The notes: generated by a model from the sequence alone, not told the origin. Positions 49,626 to 63,400 are shown, counted from the first letter of the stretch. The stretch: 64,000 bases of DNA from Thermoanaerobaculia bacterium (GCA_044868005.1 JBIOVX010000013.1:2172-66171); one strand, 5' to 3'. Translations and numbers: made by a program.

Positions 49626-50515
49626 AGGGCCGGAGGAGAGCGCGGTTGGACGACGAGCCTGCCCACTGGCCGCTCCATCTCTTCGTCATCTTCATGGTGC
49701 TGGTCACCCTGTACCCCATCCTCTGGGTGGTGACCATCGCCTTCTCCGGCGAGCAGAACCTGGCCATCGTCGACGTGCCGCCAAACGCCGGCGCCTGGGA
49801 CCGCGTGCGCGCCGTCCTGCCGTGGCCCGACCGGATATCGACGGAGAACTTCCGCTCGCTCTTCGCCGACCAGCCGTTTGCCCGCTGGCTGATGAACAGC
49901 ATCATCGTGGCGGGCATGACCACCGTGCTGGGAGTGTCGCTGGCCTGCACCGCGGCCTACGCCTTCTCCCGCTTCCGCTTCCCCGGCCGGCGCGCGGCCC
50001 TCATGTCCTTCCTGGTTGCTCAGATGTTCCCCGGTACCCTGATGCTGATCCCGCTGTACATCATCCTCGTCCAGTTTCTGGGCCTGGGGTCGACCTACAC
50101 GGGCTTGGTGCTCCTCTATACGGTCACCGCCATGCCGCTGTGCGTCTGGATGTTGAAAGGTTATTTCGACACCATCCCGAAGGAGCTCGAGGAGTCGGCA
50201 CTCATCGACGGCGCCTCCCAGGCCATGATCTTCTTCCGCATCATCCTGCCGCTCGCCCGGCCCGCGGTGGCGACGACGGCGCTGTTTTCCTTCATGACCG
50301 GGTGGACCGAGTTCATCCAGGCCGCCACCTTCATGAACCGCGAGGACATGTACCCGGGACCGGTGGGCCTGCGCTTCTTCGTCGCCGGGTTCTCGCAGCA
50401 ATGGGGGTATTTTGCCGCCGGCGCTCTCATCACGGCGTTGCCGGTCATGGTGTTGTTTCTGTTCTTGCAAAAATATATCGTTTCCGGTCTCACGGCCGGC
50501 GCAGTCAAGGGCTGA
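49622..50515 (+). CDS. MalG-type ABC permease
   Basis: ATG 49622 overlaps TGA 49623-49625. The EAA loop is ESALIDGASQAMIFFRIILPLARPAV. 297 aa. Confidence 0.9.
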   Translation: MKGRRRARLDDEPAHWPLHLFVIFMVLVTLYPILWVVTIAFSGEQNLAIVDVPPNAGAWDRVRAVLPWPDRISTENFRSLFADQPFARWLMNSIIVAGMTTVLGVSLACTAAYAFSRFRFPGRRAALMSFLVAQMFPGTLMLIPLYIILVQFLGLGSTYTGLVLLYTVTAMPLCVWMLKGYFDTIPKELEESALIDGASQAMIFFRIILPLARPAVATTALFSFMTGWTEFIQAATFMNREDMYPGPVGLRFFVAGFSQQWGYFAAGALITALPVMVLFLFLQKYIVSGLTAGAVKG

Positions 50516-50535
50516 GCCCTATAAAGGAGGTTTTC

Positions 50536-51354
50536 ATGTCCAAGCGTATCTGGAAAACGAGAGTCACGATGGCCGCGGCCGGCCTGCTGCTGGCGGGCGC
50601 GGCGCTCGCCCAGAGCGGCGTCTCCTTCAAGGATCCCGCCAACGACGACAACGGACCCGGCACCTATACCTATCCCACGGACCAGGTGTACAAGCGCGGC
50701 TCGTTCGACATGACGGGGTTCGACGTCAAGGTCAACGGCGGCAAGGTGGACTTCGCCGTCACCTTCAACACGCCGCTCGACGATCCCTGGCGGATGAATA
50801 CAGGGTTCTCCGTGGAGATGGTCTTCATCTTCATCGACAACAAGGAGGGCGGCTTCAAGGAAGGCCCGCCGGGCACCAACGTCACCTTCGCCGACGGCAA
50901 CGAGTGGGACAAGCTGGTCGTCCTCTCGCCGCAGCCGCCGGGCCGCGTCAAGACGGAGTCGGAGAAGATGCCGGCCGCGCAACAGGGATCGGTCGTCATC
51001 CCCAACCGCGTCAAGGGCGCCGGGCGGACGATCTCGGCCTCGGTGGACCTCGAGCAGCTCGGCGGCGGGGATCCGTCGCAGTGGGGATACCAGGTGCTCA
51101 TTCAATCGAATGAGGGCTTCCCCGAAGGCAAGGACATGCTGACCCGCAAGGTCAACGAGTACGAGGGCCAGCACCGCTTCGGCGGCGGCACGGATACCGA
51201 TTGCGACCCGCACGCCATGGACATCTTGGCTGGCAACGGCACGGGCGCCGCGGAAGAGGCGCAGGCGCAGCACGAGATGCTCAAGTACGAGTGCAACCCG
51301 GACGGCACGCCCAAGCAACTCGCCGTCCTCAAGATGGTCAAGAAGGCGGGCTGA
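50536..51354 (+). CDS. Glucodextranase DOMON-like domain protein (secreted)
   Basis: AAGGAGG lies 6 nt before ATG 50536. It has a signal peptide, followed by FKDPANDDNGPGTYTYPTDQVYKRGSFDMTGFDV, the pattern I associate with the glucodextranase C-terminal/DOMON-like family. Confidence 0.65.
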   Translation: MSKRIWKTRVTMAAAGLLLAGAALAQSGVSFKDPANDDNGPGTYTYPTDQVYKRGSFDMTGFDVKVNGGKVDFAVTFNTPLDDPWRMNTGFSVEMVFIFIDNKEGGFKEGPPGTNVTFADGNEWDKLVVLSPQPPGRVKTESEKMPAAQQGSVVIPNRVKGAGRTISASVDLEQLGGGDPSQWGYQVLIQSNEGFPEGKDMLTRKVNEYEGQHRFGGGTDTDCDPHAMDILAGNGTGAAEEAQAQHEMLKYECNPDGTPKQLAVLKMVKKAG

Positions 51355-51385
51355 GCCCTGCCGCTGACCGAGGAGAGGAGCTGAT

Positions 51386-53581
51386 ATGAGATTTATCAGA
51401 GGGTTCGCGATCGCGCTGCTGACGACGGCGGTGCTGGCGCCTCTGCCGGCGCTGGCCGTGGACGGCCAGATGATGATCATCACCGGCGTGGACTACACGA
51501 AGTGGCTGTGGGGCACCGAGCACGTCGACGGCAGCGTCTACAACTTCACCACCGTTCCGGGCGAGGGCTACGGCGACAACGGGCAGGGGACCGAGATCGA
51601 ACTGAACATCGCCTCCCGGCCGTCCAAGTACCTCGAAGTGACCGGCCGCATCCACTCGCGGTTCAACCAGAACCAGTGGACGAACTTCGGCGGCTTCGGC
51701 GGCCGCAACCCGGCGCTGGAGGACCCGCCGCGCGGCGACTGCATCGGCGGCGACTGCGGCGAGTTCGATCCACGCTCGAACGAGTACATCAAGCTGCGCG
51801 GACTGACGGCCCGCTTCACCCCCGGCTACAAGTGGGTGGACGCCGTCACCATCGGCTCGACGGACCTCGGTATGTTCGACTCCTTCACCATCGGCAAGAT
51901 CCGCTACATCGACCGCGACAACGCCAAGGCCGTGCTGTTCCAGGGGCCGCTCCTCGACCGCCGCGTGAGCTACGACCTGATCCGCATCTCGCTGCCGCGG
52001 CTGTGGGCAGGCCCCAACTTCAACACCGGCGACTACACCGGCCAGGACGGCGCCTACGGCCTGCAATTCAAGTTCTCGCCCACCTCGCTGTTCGACGGCG
52101 CGGTCGTCTACGAGCGCAGCCGCGACCTCGAGATCGACGGCTTCGACCGCGACTTCGACGACGGCCGCGACGTAGGCACCCGCTTTCAGAACGACGTGTG
52201 GGGGGCCAGGTTCGGCATCCACCCGAGCTCGACTTTCGACTTCCGTGGCGTGGCGTACTTCTCCGAGGCGGAGTCCGACGCCCGTTTCGGCGTGCCCACC
52301 GGCTTCGGCCTCGCCGGCTTCTCGCCGGTGCCCGCCGGCGATCTCAGCGACGAGACCTTCAAGGCCGATCTGGACATCAACCTGGCCAGCGGGCTGACCT
52401 TCAACCTGGAGTACTTCGACATCGGCGCCCAGTACGTCTCCATCCTGGCGGCCCGCCGCGAGGCCGACGTGCTGCTCACCGAGGGCCACGACGGCACCTG
52501 GGCCTTCCCCGGCCCGAACAACGCCTCCTTCGGCGTCTTCGCCGGCAACCCCACCCGCATCGGCTTCGGCGGCTGGCAGGGCACGGCGCAGCAGGTGGCG
52601 ACGATCAACGTCGACAACGAGTTCACCGACTTCGAGGAGCCGATGGCGGAGACGTCCATCGGCTGGAAGGGCATCACCATCGTCCCCAAATGGACGATCG
52701 GCAACTGGGACCTGTCGGGTGAGTACAGCAAGATCGACTACAACACCAACTGGCAGGCCTGGGGTGACGTCACGCGCGCCATCGACAACTCGATCTATCC
52801 GAACCACGAGTCCGACGCCGGCATCGGCTCCTTCCGCAACGCCTACGCGCCGTTCCAGGACAAGGACACGGACATCCTCGTACTGCGCGCCAAGACCCTG
52901 GTCAACGTGGGCAGCGGCGTCGAGGTGTGGGGCAAGCTCAAGCTCATCGACGAGCAAGACAAGCGCATGACCGAGGCCCGCTTCCTGCCCTTCAAGCCCG
53001 GCGACTGCCCGGGCGGCGGTGTCGCCTGCGCCAACAACACCAACAACTACTTCGGCAGCTTCTCCACGGCCGCCGTCTACTTCAACCCGCCCGTCATCAC
53101 CGTGGGAAGCAGCACCGGCTACCAGTGGAAGCCGTTCGACAGCCTGTCCGACGACGACCGTGACATGGACTACAAGATGTACCAGCTCGGCGCCGCCTAT
53201 CAGTTCACGAGCAACCTGTACAGCTCGCTGACCTTCGAGTACTACGACGTCGACCTCAAGGACGGCAACACGGCGTTCCAGGCCTACCAGCTCCACAGCA
53301 TGGCCTCGGGCCAGCACGAGAAGAACAAGCTAATGCTCTACGCCCGCTACACCCTGGGTGGCGCCGAGTTCGGCTTTAACTACGAGTACAACTGGGGCTC
53401 GTTCGATCCCGATTTCGGCGGCGGCTTCGTGCCGCAGCTCGCCGACGCGGGAATCGCCCACGACTTCGGCGTGCCGGTCGGCTCGCCGGGCTTCCGCGGC
53501 CGCTTCGGCGGCTGGAACAGCCTGCTCAAGCGCGACTTCGAACAGAATCGCCTGAAGGCGTTCATGAAGCTGCGGTTCTAG
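51386..53581 (+). CDS. Large outer-membrane beta-barrel protein (porin-like, unassigned family)
   Basis: Signal peptide ...LPALAVDG. The 731-aa product is rich in Gly/Tyr/Asp/Phe with alternating beta-strand patterns. The C-terminus is ...LKAFMKLRF. Confidence 0.7.
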   Translation: MRFIRGFAIALLTTAVLAPLPALAVDGQMMIITGVDYTKWLWGTEHVDGSVYNFTTVPGEGYGDNGQGTEIELNIASRPSKYLEVTGRIHSRFNQNQWTNFGGFGGRNPALEDPPRGDCIGGDCGEFDPRSNEYIKLRGLTARFTPGYKWVDAVTIGSTDLGMFDSFTIGKIRYIDRDNAKAVLFQGPLLDRRVSYDLIRISLPRLWAGPNFNTGDYTGQDGAYGLQFKFSPTSLFDGAVVYERSRDLEIDGFDRDFDDGRDVGTRFQNDVWGARFGIHPSSTFDFRGVAYFSEAESDARFGVPTGFGLAGFSPVPAGDLSDETFKADLDINLASGLTFNLEYFDIGAQYVSILAARREADVLLTEGHDGTWAFPGPNNASFGVFAGNPTRIGFGGWQGTAQQVATINVDNEFTDFEEPMAETSIGWKGITIVPKWTIGNWDLSGEYSKIDYNTNWQAWGDVTRAIDNSIYPNHESDAGIGSFRNAYAPFQDKDTDILVLRAKTLVNVGSGVEVWGKLKLIDEQDKRMTEARFLPFKPGDCPGGGVACANNTNNYFGSFSTAAVYFNPPVITVGSSTGYQWKPFDSLSDDDRDMDYKMYQLGAAYQFTSNLYSSLTFEYYDVDLKDGNTAFQAYQLHSMASGQHEKNKLMLYARYTLGGAEFGFNYEYNWGSFDPDFGGGFVPQLADAGIAHDFGVPVGSPGFRGRFGGWNSLLKRDFEQNRLKAFMKLRF

Positions 53582-53602
53582 GCAAGAGCGTCGTGCCCTG
53601 TA

Positions 53603-53635
53603 GGGGCGGCCCCGCGTGGCCGCCCTGTTTCATTT
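53603..53635 (+). terminator. Family-B hairpin acting as a probable intrinsic terminator
   Basis: ggggcggcc-ccgcgt-ggccgccct (53603-53626) is followed by gtttcatttt. It begins 22 nt after the OM-barrel stop. Confidence 0.6.
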
Positions 53636-53662
53636 TCGATCAAGTTTTCTGGAGACGTCGTC

Positions 53663-54631
53663 ATGCGATTCAACCGTTCCCCCATCCTCGCCGTTTTCGG
53701 CGTTGTCATCCTTGCCATCCTTTCCTCCACCGCCTCCTTCGCCGCCAAGGAGATCTTCACCCTCACCGATCCCCGCGGCGACGACCACGGCGACGGCAAT
53801 CTGATCTATCCCTTCGACGACGACCTCGATCCGGGCGACCTCGACCTGCTTTCGCTCACCGCCCGCGACGAGGGCAACGGCACCTGGTTCGAAGCCACGT
53901 TCGCCAAGCGCGTCAGGGTCCCCGGCCGGGTGGCCGTCGACAACCTCGGCACGCAGCTCGACGTGGTGGCCCGCTACGGCTTCTATAACCTGAACCTGGA
54001 CATCTACATCGACACCGACCGCGTGCCGGGCTCTGGCGGCGTCACCATGCTGCCGGGCCGTCACGCCGAGATCGATGCCGCCACGGCGTGGGAAAAGGCG
54101 GTCATCCTCACGCCGCGGCCCAACGAAGCCAAGACCGAGCTGCAGCGGATGCTGCTCAAGATCCTGAGCGAGGACAGCAAGCGGCAGGAGAGCGACCTCA
54201 AGTCCGAGGAGATCGAGGCGCTCAAGAAGCAGATCCCGCTGGACATCGAGGCTCGCATCATCTTCCCCACCCAGATCCGGGTGCGCGGCCAGAAGATCAG
54301 CTTCTTCGTGCCGGCCCTCTTCCTGGGAGGTCCCGCCAAGGCCACGTGGGCCTACACGGTGGCCACTTCGGGCGCCGACCTGCTCGTTTCCTTCGGCGTG
54401 AATTACACATCGGGTGGGCAGGAGGACCTGAAGTCGCTGATGATCCTCCCGATCTCCCCCAGCGGCTGGCAGGACCGCTTCGGCGGCGGCCGCGAGAACG
54501 CCCCGATCCAGCCGCCGCTGGTGGACATCATCGTGCCGAAAGGCAAGAAGCAGGAGACGATCCTCTCCGACTTCGACGCCCGCGCGAAGCGGCCGGTGGT
54601 GATTCCCGGGGTGGTGCCGGCGGAGCAGTAA
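53663..54631 (+). CDS. Glucodextranase DOMON-like domain protein, second copy (larger)
   Basis: Signal peptide, followed by FTLTDPRGDDHGDGNLIYPFDDDLDPGDLDLLSL, which parallels the N-terminus of ORF 50536. Confidence 0.65.
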   Translation: MRFNRSPILAVFGVVILAILSSTASFAAKEIFTLTDPRGDDHGDGNLIYPFDDDLDPGDLDLLSLTARDEGNGTWFEATFAKRVRVPGRVAVDNLGTQLDVVARYGFYNLNLDIYIDTDRVPGSGGVTMLPGRHAEIDAATAWEKAVILTPRPNEAKTELQRMLLKILSEDSKRQESDLKSEEIEALKKQIPLDIEARIIFPTQIRVRGQKISFFVPALFLGGPAKATWAYTVATSGADLLVSFGVNYTSGGQEDLKSLMILPISPSGWQDRFGGGRENAPIQPPLVDIIVPKGKKQETILSDFDARAKRPVVIPGVVPAEQ

Positions 54632-54633
54632 GG

Positions 54634-56298
<1,665 letters not shown>

Positions 56299-56315
56299 AG
56301 AGGTATTCTAAAGCC

Positions 56316-57014
56316 ATGGAACCTACCAAGGTGGCGGCCGTCACCGGAGCCTCGCGCGGCTTGGGAGCGGAATTCGCGCGGGTGCTCGCCGAGGAAGGCT
56401 ACGCCGTCGCGCTGGGCGGGCGGGACGTAGAGGCGATCGAGCGGTTGGCGTCGGGACTGCCGGCGTCTTTCGCGCATGCCCTCGACGTGGGAAGCTCCGA
56501 GAGCGTCGCCGCCTTCCGCGACGCGGTCCTCGCCCGCTTCGGGCGTGCCGACGTGCTGGTCAACAACGCGGGGATCGGCATCTTCAAGCGGCTGGAGGAG
56601 TTCTCGCCCGAGGAGGTCGAGAGGATCTTCCGCGTCAACGTCCAGGGCGCGTGGGCGGTCACCACGGCGTTCCTGCCCCAGCTCAAGGCGGCGCGGGGGT
56701 GGGTGGTGATGATCTCCTCGGACGTCTCCACCCGCACCTTTCCCACCGGCGGTCCCTACGCCGCGTCGAAGTTCGCCTTGCGGGCCCTCGCGCGTACGCT
56801 GCAGCAGGAGAATCCGGAGCTGCGGGTGCTCGAGCTGCGGCCCGGCGCCGTGGACACGTACTTCGCCGGCTCCACTCCCGGCGCGCCGGGCAAGGAGTGG
56901 TTCCTCCAGCCCGGCGCGGTCGCCGAGGTGCTGCGCTTCGCCCTGCGGCTGCTGCCGGAGGCCCGGCTCGAGGAGCTCGTCCTGCGCAGCAGCGCGCAAA
57001 CGCCGGAGTACTAG
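56316..57014 (+). CDS. SDR family oxidoreductase
   Basis: Motifs are VAAVTGASRGLGAEFA, NNAG and YAASKFAL. 232 aa. Confidence 0.85.
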   Translation: MEPTKVAAVTGASRGLGAEFARVLAEEGYAVALGGRDVEAIERLASGLPASFAHALDVGSSESVAAFRDAVLARFGRADVLVNNAGIGIFKRLEEFSPEEVERIFRVNVQGAWAVTTAFLPQLKAARGWVVMISSDVSTRTFPTGGPYAASKFALRALARTLQQENPELRVLELRPGAVDTYFAGSTPGAPGKEWFLQPGAVAEVLRFALRLLPEARLEELVLRSSAQTPEY

Positions 57015-58003
57015 GCCACGATCTCCTTCGCCAGCTCGATCGCGGAGATCGGCGCGCTGCCTTCGGCGTTGTTGTTGATCGTGCAGAGGAAGGGCCGGCC
57101 CGCGGCGAGGGCCTCGCGGGCGAGATCGGCCACCGCCCCGCGGTTGGCGGGATCCGGAGCCGCCATACGGTTGAAGGGTGCGTAACGCCGCCCCGCCTCC
57201 TCGTAGGTCATGCCGGGACCGAGAAGCCAGCGGATGACGGTCATCGGTCCGCGCTCGGACCCCGCCAGCCGCGCCTGGGCGCGGACGTCCGGCATGCGCG
57301 GATGGACGTTGTGGCAATGGCAGGCGCCCACGGCGGCCAGCGCGTCGCCGTAGTCGGCGGTCACCAGCTCGCGGTTGCGCAGCTCGACGGCGTAGACCGG
57401 ACCTCGCGGCAAGTCGGCCAGGAAGGCATGGAGCCGCTTGGCGAAGCGCGCCGGCGTGCCCAGGTCCTGCGGCGCGAACTGGAAGAGGATGGCTCCGGCG
57501 TCAGCCCCCAGGCCTTCCACGAACGGCGCCACCACCTGGTCCGCCGCGTAGACGGGGTCGAGGAAGAGCGGGTTCTCCTGGCCGCGGCTGGCACCGTAGC
57601 GCGCATGGTCCGGAAAGCGCGCCAGCGTGCAGGCCTCGTGAGCTTTGACCAGAAACTGGAACTCGGCGGGAACCACCTCCCGATACGCGGCGAGCTCCAC
57701 CGCCTCGACCGGAGCGTAGTGCGTGCGATCGATCCCCACGGCGCGCAGGAGGGGATGCCGGGCATAGGCCGCGAGTCCCTCATGGGCCAGGCGCGACGGC
57801 GAGTAGGACCGATCCCAGACGAGCCCGGCCCAGCCCGGGAACGACCACGTCGAGCCGCCGAGATGGACGCCCGGCGGCAGCTCCCGGCCGAGCGCCTCGA
57901 CCTCCTCCGGCTGCCGCGCCGCGCCCACGCCCGCCGGCTCGGGCTCGCTCTGCGGACCGAGGTCGAAGAGGGCGAGCTGATCCTGCTGCCTGCGTCGCGC
58001 CAT
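57011..58003 (-). CDS. DUF72 domain-containing protein
   Basis: VHLGGSTWSFPGWAGLVWDRSYSP...YARHPLLRAVGIDRTHYAP...FLVKAHE fits the DUF72 (UPF0759) pattern. Confidence 0.8.
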   Translation of the reverse strand: MARRRQQDQLALFDLGPQSEPEPAGVGAARQPEEVEALGRELPPGVHLGGSTWSFPGWAGLVWDRSYSPSRLAHEGLAAYARHPLLRAVGIDRTHYAPVEAVELAAYREVVPAEFQFLVKAHEACTLARFPDHARYGASRGQENPLFLDPVYAADQVVAPFVEGLGADAGAILFQFAPQDLGTPARFAKRLHAFLADLPRGPVYAVELRNRELVTADYGDALAAVGACHCHNVHPRMPDVRAQARLAGSERGPMTVIRWLLGPGMTYEEAGRRYAPFNRMAAPDPANRGAVADLAREALAAGRPFLCTINNNAEGSAPISAIELAKEIVA

Positions 58004-58059
58004 GCCGGCAGTTTATTGCGGAAAGACGGAACCCGCGAAGGTGAGGGCTCCCGCGTGGT

Positions 58060-59034
58060 TCAGCTCGCCCGCAGGAACTCCACCGTCGGCGGCAGCCCTT
58101 CGTCGAGGCTCCGCGGGCGCCAGTCGAGCTCGGTGCGCGCGCGGGAGTCGTCGAAGGCCCAGTGCCGCTCCAGGCTGTTGAGCTGCTCGCTCGAGAACGG
58201 CGGCCGGCGGCCGCGCAGCTTGTAAAGCGGGCCCGAGACGGCCAGTCCAATCCGCGCCAGCCCTATGGGCAGATTACGGCGAGGAGCCCTGACGCCGCCC
58301 AACGCGCAGACGCGGTCCACCAGGCTGCGCAGGGTCGCGACGTCGCCCGTCATGAGGTAACCCCGGCCTGGCGGCGCCTTCTCGATCACCTTGAACATGC
58401 CTTCGACCAGATCGTCGAGAAAGATCCAGGCCATCCTGCGGTCGGCTCCCACAAGGGCGGGGAAGCGTCCCTTGAGGAAGCCGCGGAGGAGGGCGTTGGC
58501 TCCTTCCTTCTTCCCAGGCGGGCCGTAGACGAGGCTCGGGTAGACGGTGTTGACCCGCAGCCCCCGCTTGACCCACTCCTGGACCGCCAGCTCGCCGGAG
58601 TGCTTGGTGGCGCTGTAGAGGGTGGGGAAGGGGGTCTGCACCGGCGCGTCCTCGCTCACGACCGAGCCGTCCGGCGGGCTGCCGCCGAAGTAGGCCATCG
58701 AGGAGACGGAGAGGAATCGGCCCACCCCCAGCTTGTAGGCGAGGGAGGCGACGTTCTCGCTCCCCTGGACGTTGGCCCGCCGCATCCGCTCCGGCGGGCC
58801 GTCGAAGTCGAGATCGGCGGCGGCGTGGATCACCCAGTCGGCGCCCGACATGCCCTCGCGCATCGAGGCGCGGTCCCCGATGTCGCCGGTGAACGTCGCG
58901 GCCCCAAGGCGCCGCAGGGGCTCCGCGTCGCTCGTAGGGCGCACCAGGGCCCTCACCTCGTGCCCGGCCTCCGCGAGCCGGCGCGCCAAGGCACGGCCGA
59001 TATAGCCGGTGCCGCCCGTCAGGAAGACCCTCAT
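58060..59034 (-). CDS. NAD-dependent epimerase/dehydratase family protein
   Basis: The N-terminus is MRVFLTGGTGYIGRALARRLAEAGHEVRALVRP, with YSATKHSGE as the YxxxK motif. Confidence 0.85.
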   Translation of the reverse strand: MRVFLTGGTGYIGRALARRLAEAGHEVRALVRPTSDAEPLRRLGAATFTGDIGDRASMREGMSGADWVIHAAADLDFDGPPERMRRANVQGSENVASLAYKLGVGRFLSVSSMAYFGGSPPDGSVVSEDAPVQTPFPTLYSATKHSGELAVQEWVKRGLRVNTVYPSLVYGPPGKKEGANALLRGFLKGRFPALVGADRRMAWIFLDDLVEGMFKVIEKAPPGRGYLMTGDVATLRSLVDRVCALGGVRAPRRNLPIGLARIGLAVSGPLYKLRGRRPPFSSEQLNSLERHWAFDDSRARTELDWRPRSLDEGLPPTVEFLRAS

Positions 59035-59260
59035 CGGGCGGATTCTAGTGGAGAACCTTCAGTGTCCCGGCTGGAACTTACGAGCGGGAGCCTCGTCAGG
59101 GCCGTTCACCCCCGGACGGTGCGGGGCTCTCGGGAGCAAGAAGAGGAAATGGGAATCCAACATAGGTCGCCCCTGTTATACAGGGTGGGACGGGGCTCGG
59201 GAGTTGAACCTGTCCCGGAGTAGCACACTCCAAACATTCTCCTTCAGCTCCCTCTCCTCC

Positions 59261-59297
59261 CCCCGCGTCGGCTCCCTCCCCGATGCGGGGCTTTTTT
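59261..59297 (+). terminator. Strong intrinsic terminator oriented on the + strand with no annotated + strand gene upstream
   Basis: The 11-bp stem pairs ccccgcgtcgg with ccgatgcgggg (one G-U pair on the + strand RNA, a C-A mismatch on the - strand RNA). It has an 8-nt loop and is followed by cTTTTTTa at 59291-59298. Confidence 0.6.
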
Positions 59298-59577
59298 ATG
59301 GTGGTGTTGCGGGCTTTCCGGGCATCCGCCAAGCTGACATTTTCGCCGGGTTGAGCAGCAAGAGCAGCTTGTCGTGCAGACTTTCTTCGGACAAGTGGGA
59401 AGAGGAGTGCTCGGCCAGCGCCAGCTCGATAGCCGACACGAGATCTTGAGCGCCAGAGCTACTGTCGAGATGCATATTCCAGCTTCGCTGAACGAGCCAA
59501 TCTTCGAACTCCTCAAGATCCAGCCTGCCAGCCAGCAGATCCGCAAGCTTCCGGCGAACTTCCATTTCACGGATCAT
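59296..59577 (-). CDS. Small hypothetical protein (93 aa from MIREMEV...)
   Basis: The region is lower in GC (33/60 at 59341-59400). The plausible acidic helical product is ...RLDLEEFEDWLVQRSWNMHLDSSSGAQDLVSAIELALAEHSSSHLSEESL. The start is uncertain, with candidates at 59637, 59577 and 59565. Confidence 0.45.
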   Translation of the reverse strand: MIREMEVRRKLADLLAGRLDLEEFEDWLVQRSWNMHLDSSSGAQDLVSAIELALAEHSSSHLSEESLHDKLLLLLNPAKMSAWRMPGKPATPP

Positions 59578-59938
59578 GAACGAGTCTCCGATTCCTCTAA
59601 TCAGGGTCAGCTTTGAAGAGCTGCGACAGCTCTTCAACGAAGGCCGATACTGGGAACGGCTACAAGCGGGGGAGCTTCGCGCCCGCTGCCGCCGCGAGGG
59701 GCACCCTGCCCCGCCAGAGTCGGGCCAGCCTTATTGTACGCGAAGCCAGGAGGTGTCCTACTTCGATAAGGACGACCAGGAAGTCGCCAGGGTCCACCAA
59801 TACCTGAGACCGGATGGTCTTCTAGGTGGCTCAGGAAGGCCCGATCCGAAACGCGTGCTTCAGGGAGGTATCCTGTATCGGCTTACCAAGCGACAGGAGA
59901 CCGCACCAACGGCGCCGCCATCCTCTCCCCAGACCTGA
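59576..59938 (+). CDS. Small hypothetical protein (120 aa)
   Basis: The product is MNESPIPLIRVSFEELRQLF...CTRSQEVSYFDKDDQEVARVHQYLRPDGLLGGSGRPDPKRVLQGGILYRL. Codon usage is plausible and it is divergent from the previous ORF. The family is not recognised with certainty. Confidence 0.5.
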   Translation: MNESPIPLIRVSFEELRQLFNEGRYWERLQAGELRARCRREGHPAPPESGQPYCTRSQEVSYFDKDDQEVARVHQYLRPDGLLGGSGRPDPKRVLQGGILYRLTKRQETAPTAPPSSPQT

Positions 59939-59942
59939 ATCG

Positions 59943-62699
<2,757 letters not shown>

Positions 62700-62806
62700 G
62701 GGATTCGTTCTCCCTAGTGGACGGCACGAACGGCGGGCGCCGCGCCTGCAACGATAACACGCCGGAATTCTCCCGGAGGCGGGCTCACCCGGAGTAAGAT
62801 CCCCCC

Positions 62807-63400
62807 ATGGCGGTTGCCGGCTCCGATCTCTCCACACCGGTCCTGTTGTTGGCCATGCCCCAGGTGCTCGATCCATCGTTCCACCGCAGCGTCGTGCTGC
62901 TCCTCCATCACGAGGAAGCCGGGAGCTTCGGCTTCATCGTCAACCGGCCGACGGACATCAAGATCCGCGAGATCCTCAAGGGGATGGACATCGGCTGGCG
63001 GGGAGAGGAGAAGGCCGTGGCCTACATGGGCGGGCCGGTGCAGCAGAACCTCGGCACCGTGCTCTTCACTCCCGTCCTCCTCGACGGCGACGAGGACGAC
63101 AGTGCTACCGAGATCGCGCCCGGCATCGCCCTGACGCAGCATATCGGCGACCTCTCCCGGCTGGCGGAGGCGCCGCCGGACCACTTTCGCCTGCTCCTCG
63201 GCTACGCCGGTTGGGGCGAAGGGCAGCTCCTGGAGGAGATCCTCCGCAACGACTGGCTGACGGCGCCGGTCTCCGACGAGCTGATCTTCGCTCCCGATCC
63301 CGAGCAGGTCTGGGACGCCGCGCTGCGCTCCGTGGGCATCGACCCGGCGGCTCTGCCGTCGTGGATGCCCGGCGGCTCCTCCGGAGAGTCGGCGAACTGA
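62807..63400 (+). CDS. YqgE/AlgH family protein (UPF0301)
   Basis: [36 protein letters not shown]...GGPVQ...[12 protein letters not shown] is the YqgE pattern. Confidence 0.85.
   Translation: MAVAGSDLSTPVLLLAMPQVLDPSFHRSVVLLLHHEEAGSFGFIVNRPTDIKIREILKGMDIGWRGEEKAVAYMGGPVQQNLGTVLFTPVLLDGDEDDSATEIAPGIALTQHIGDLSRLAEAPPDHFRLLLGYAGWGEGQLLEEILRNDWLTAPVSDELIFAPDPEQVWDAALRSVGIDPAALPSWMPGGSSGESAN

Noticed and set aside
59072-59085. Sigma54 promoter-like TGGAAC-N-GC element
   Set aside because: The GG-to-GC spacing is one nt off the TGGCAC-N5-TTGC consensus, and the -12 element is poor.
59035-59260. tmRNA / tRNA / RNase P / SRP RNA in the gene-free stretch
   Set aside because: The 5' end (gggcggattctagtgg) only superficially resembles a tmRNA start. 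No T-arm (GGTTCGAATCC-like with a 5-bp stem), no CCA-proximal acceptor pairing and no RNase P or SRP conserved boxes could be found on either strand.
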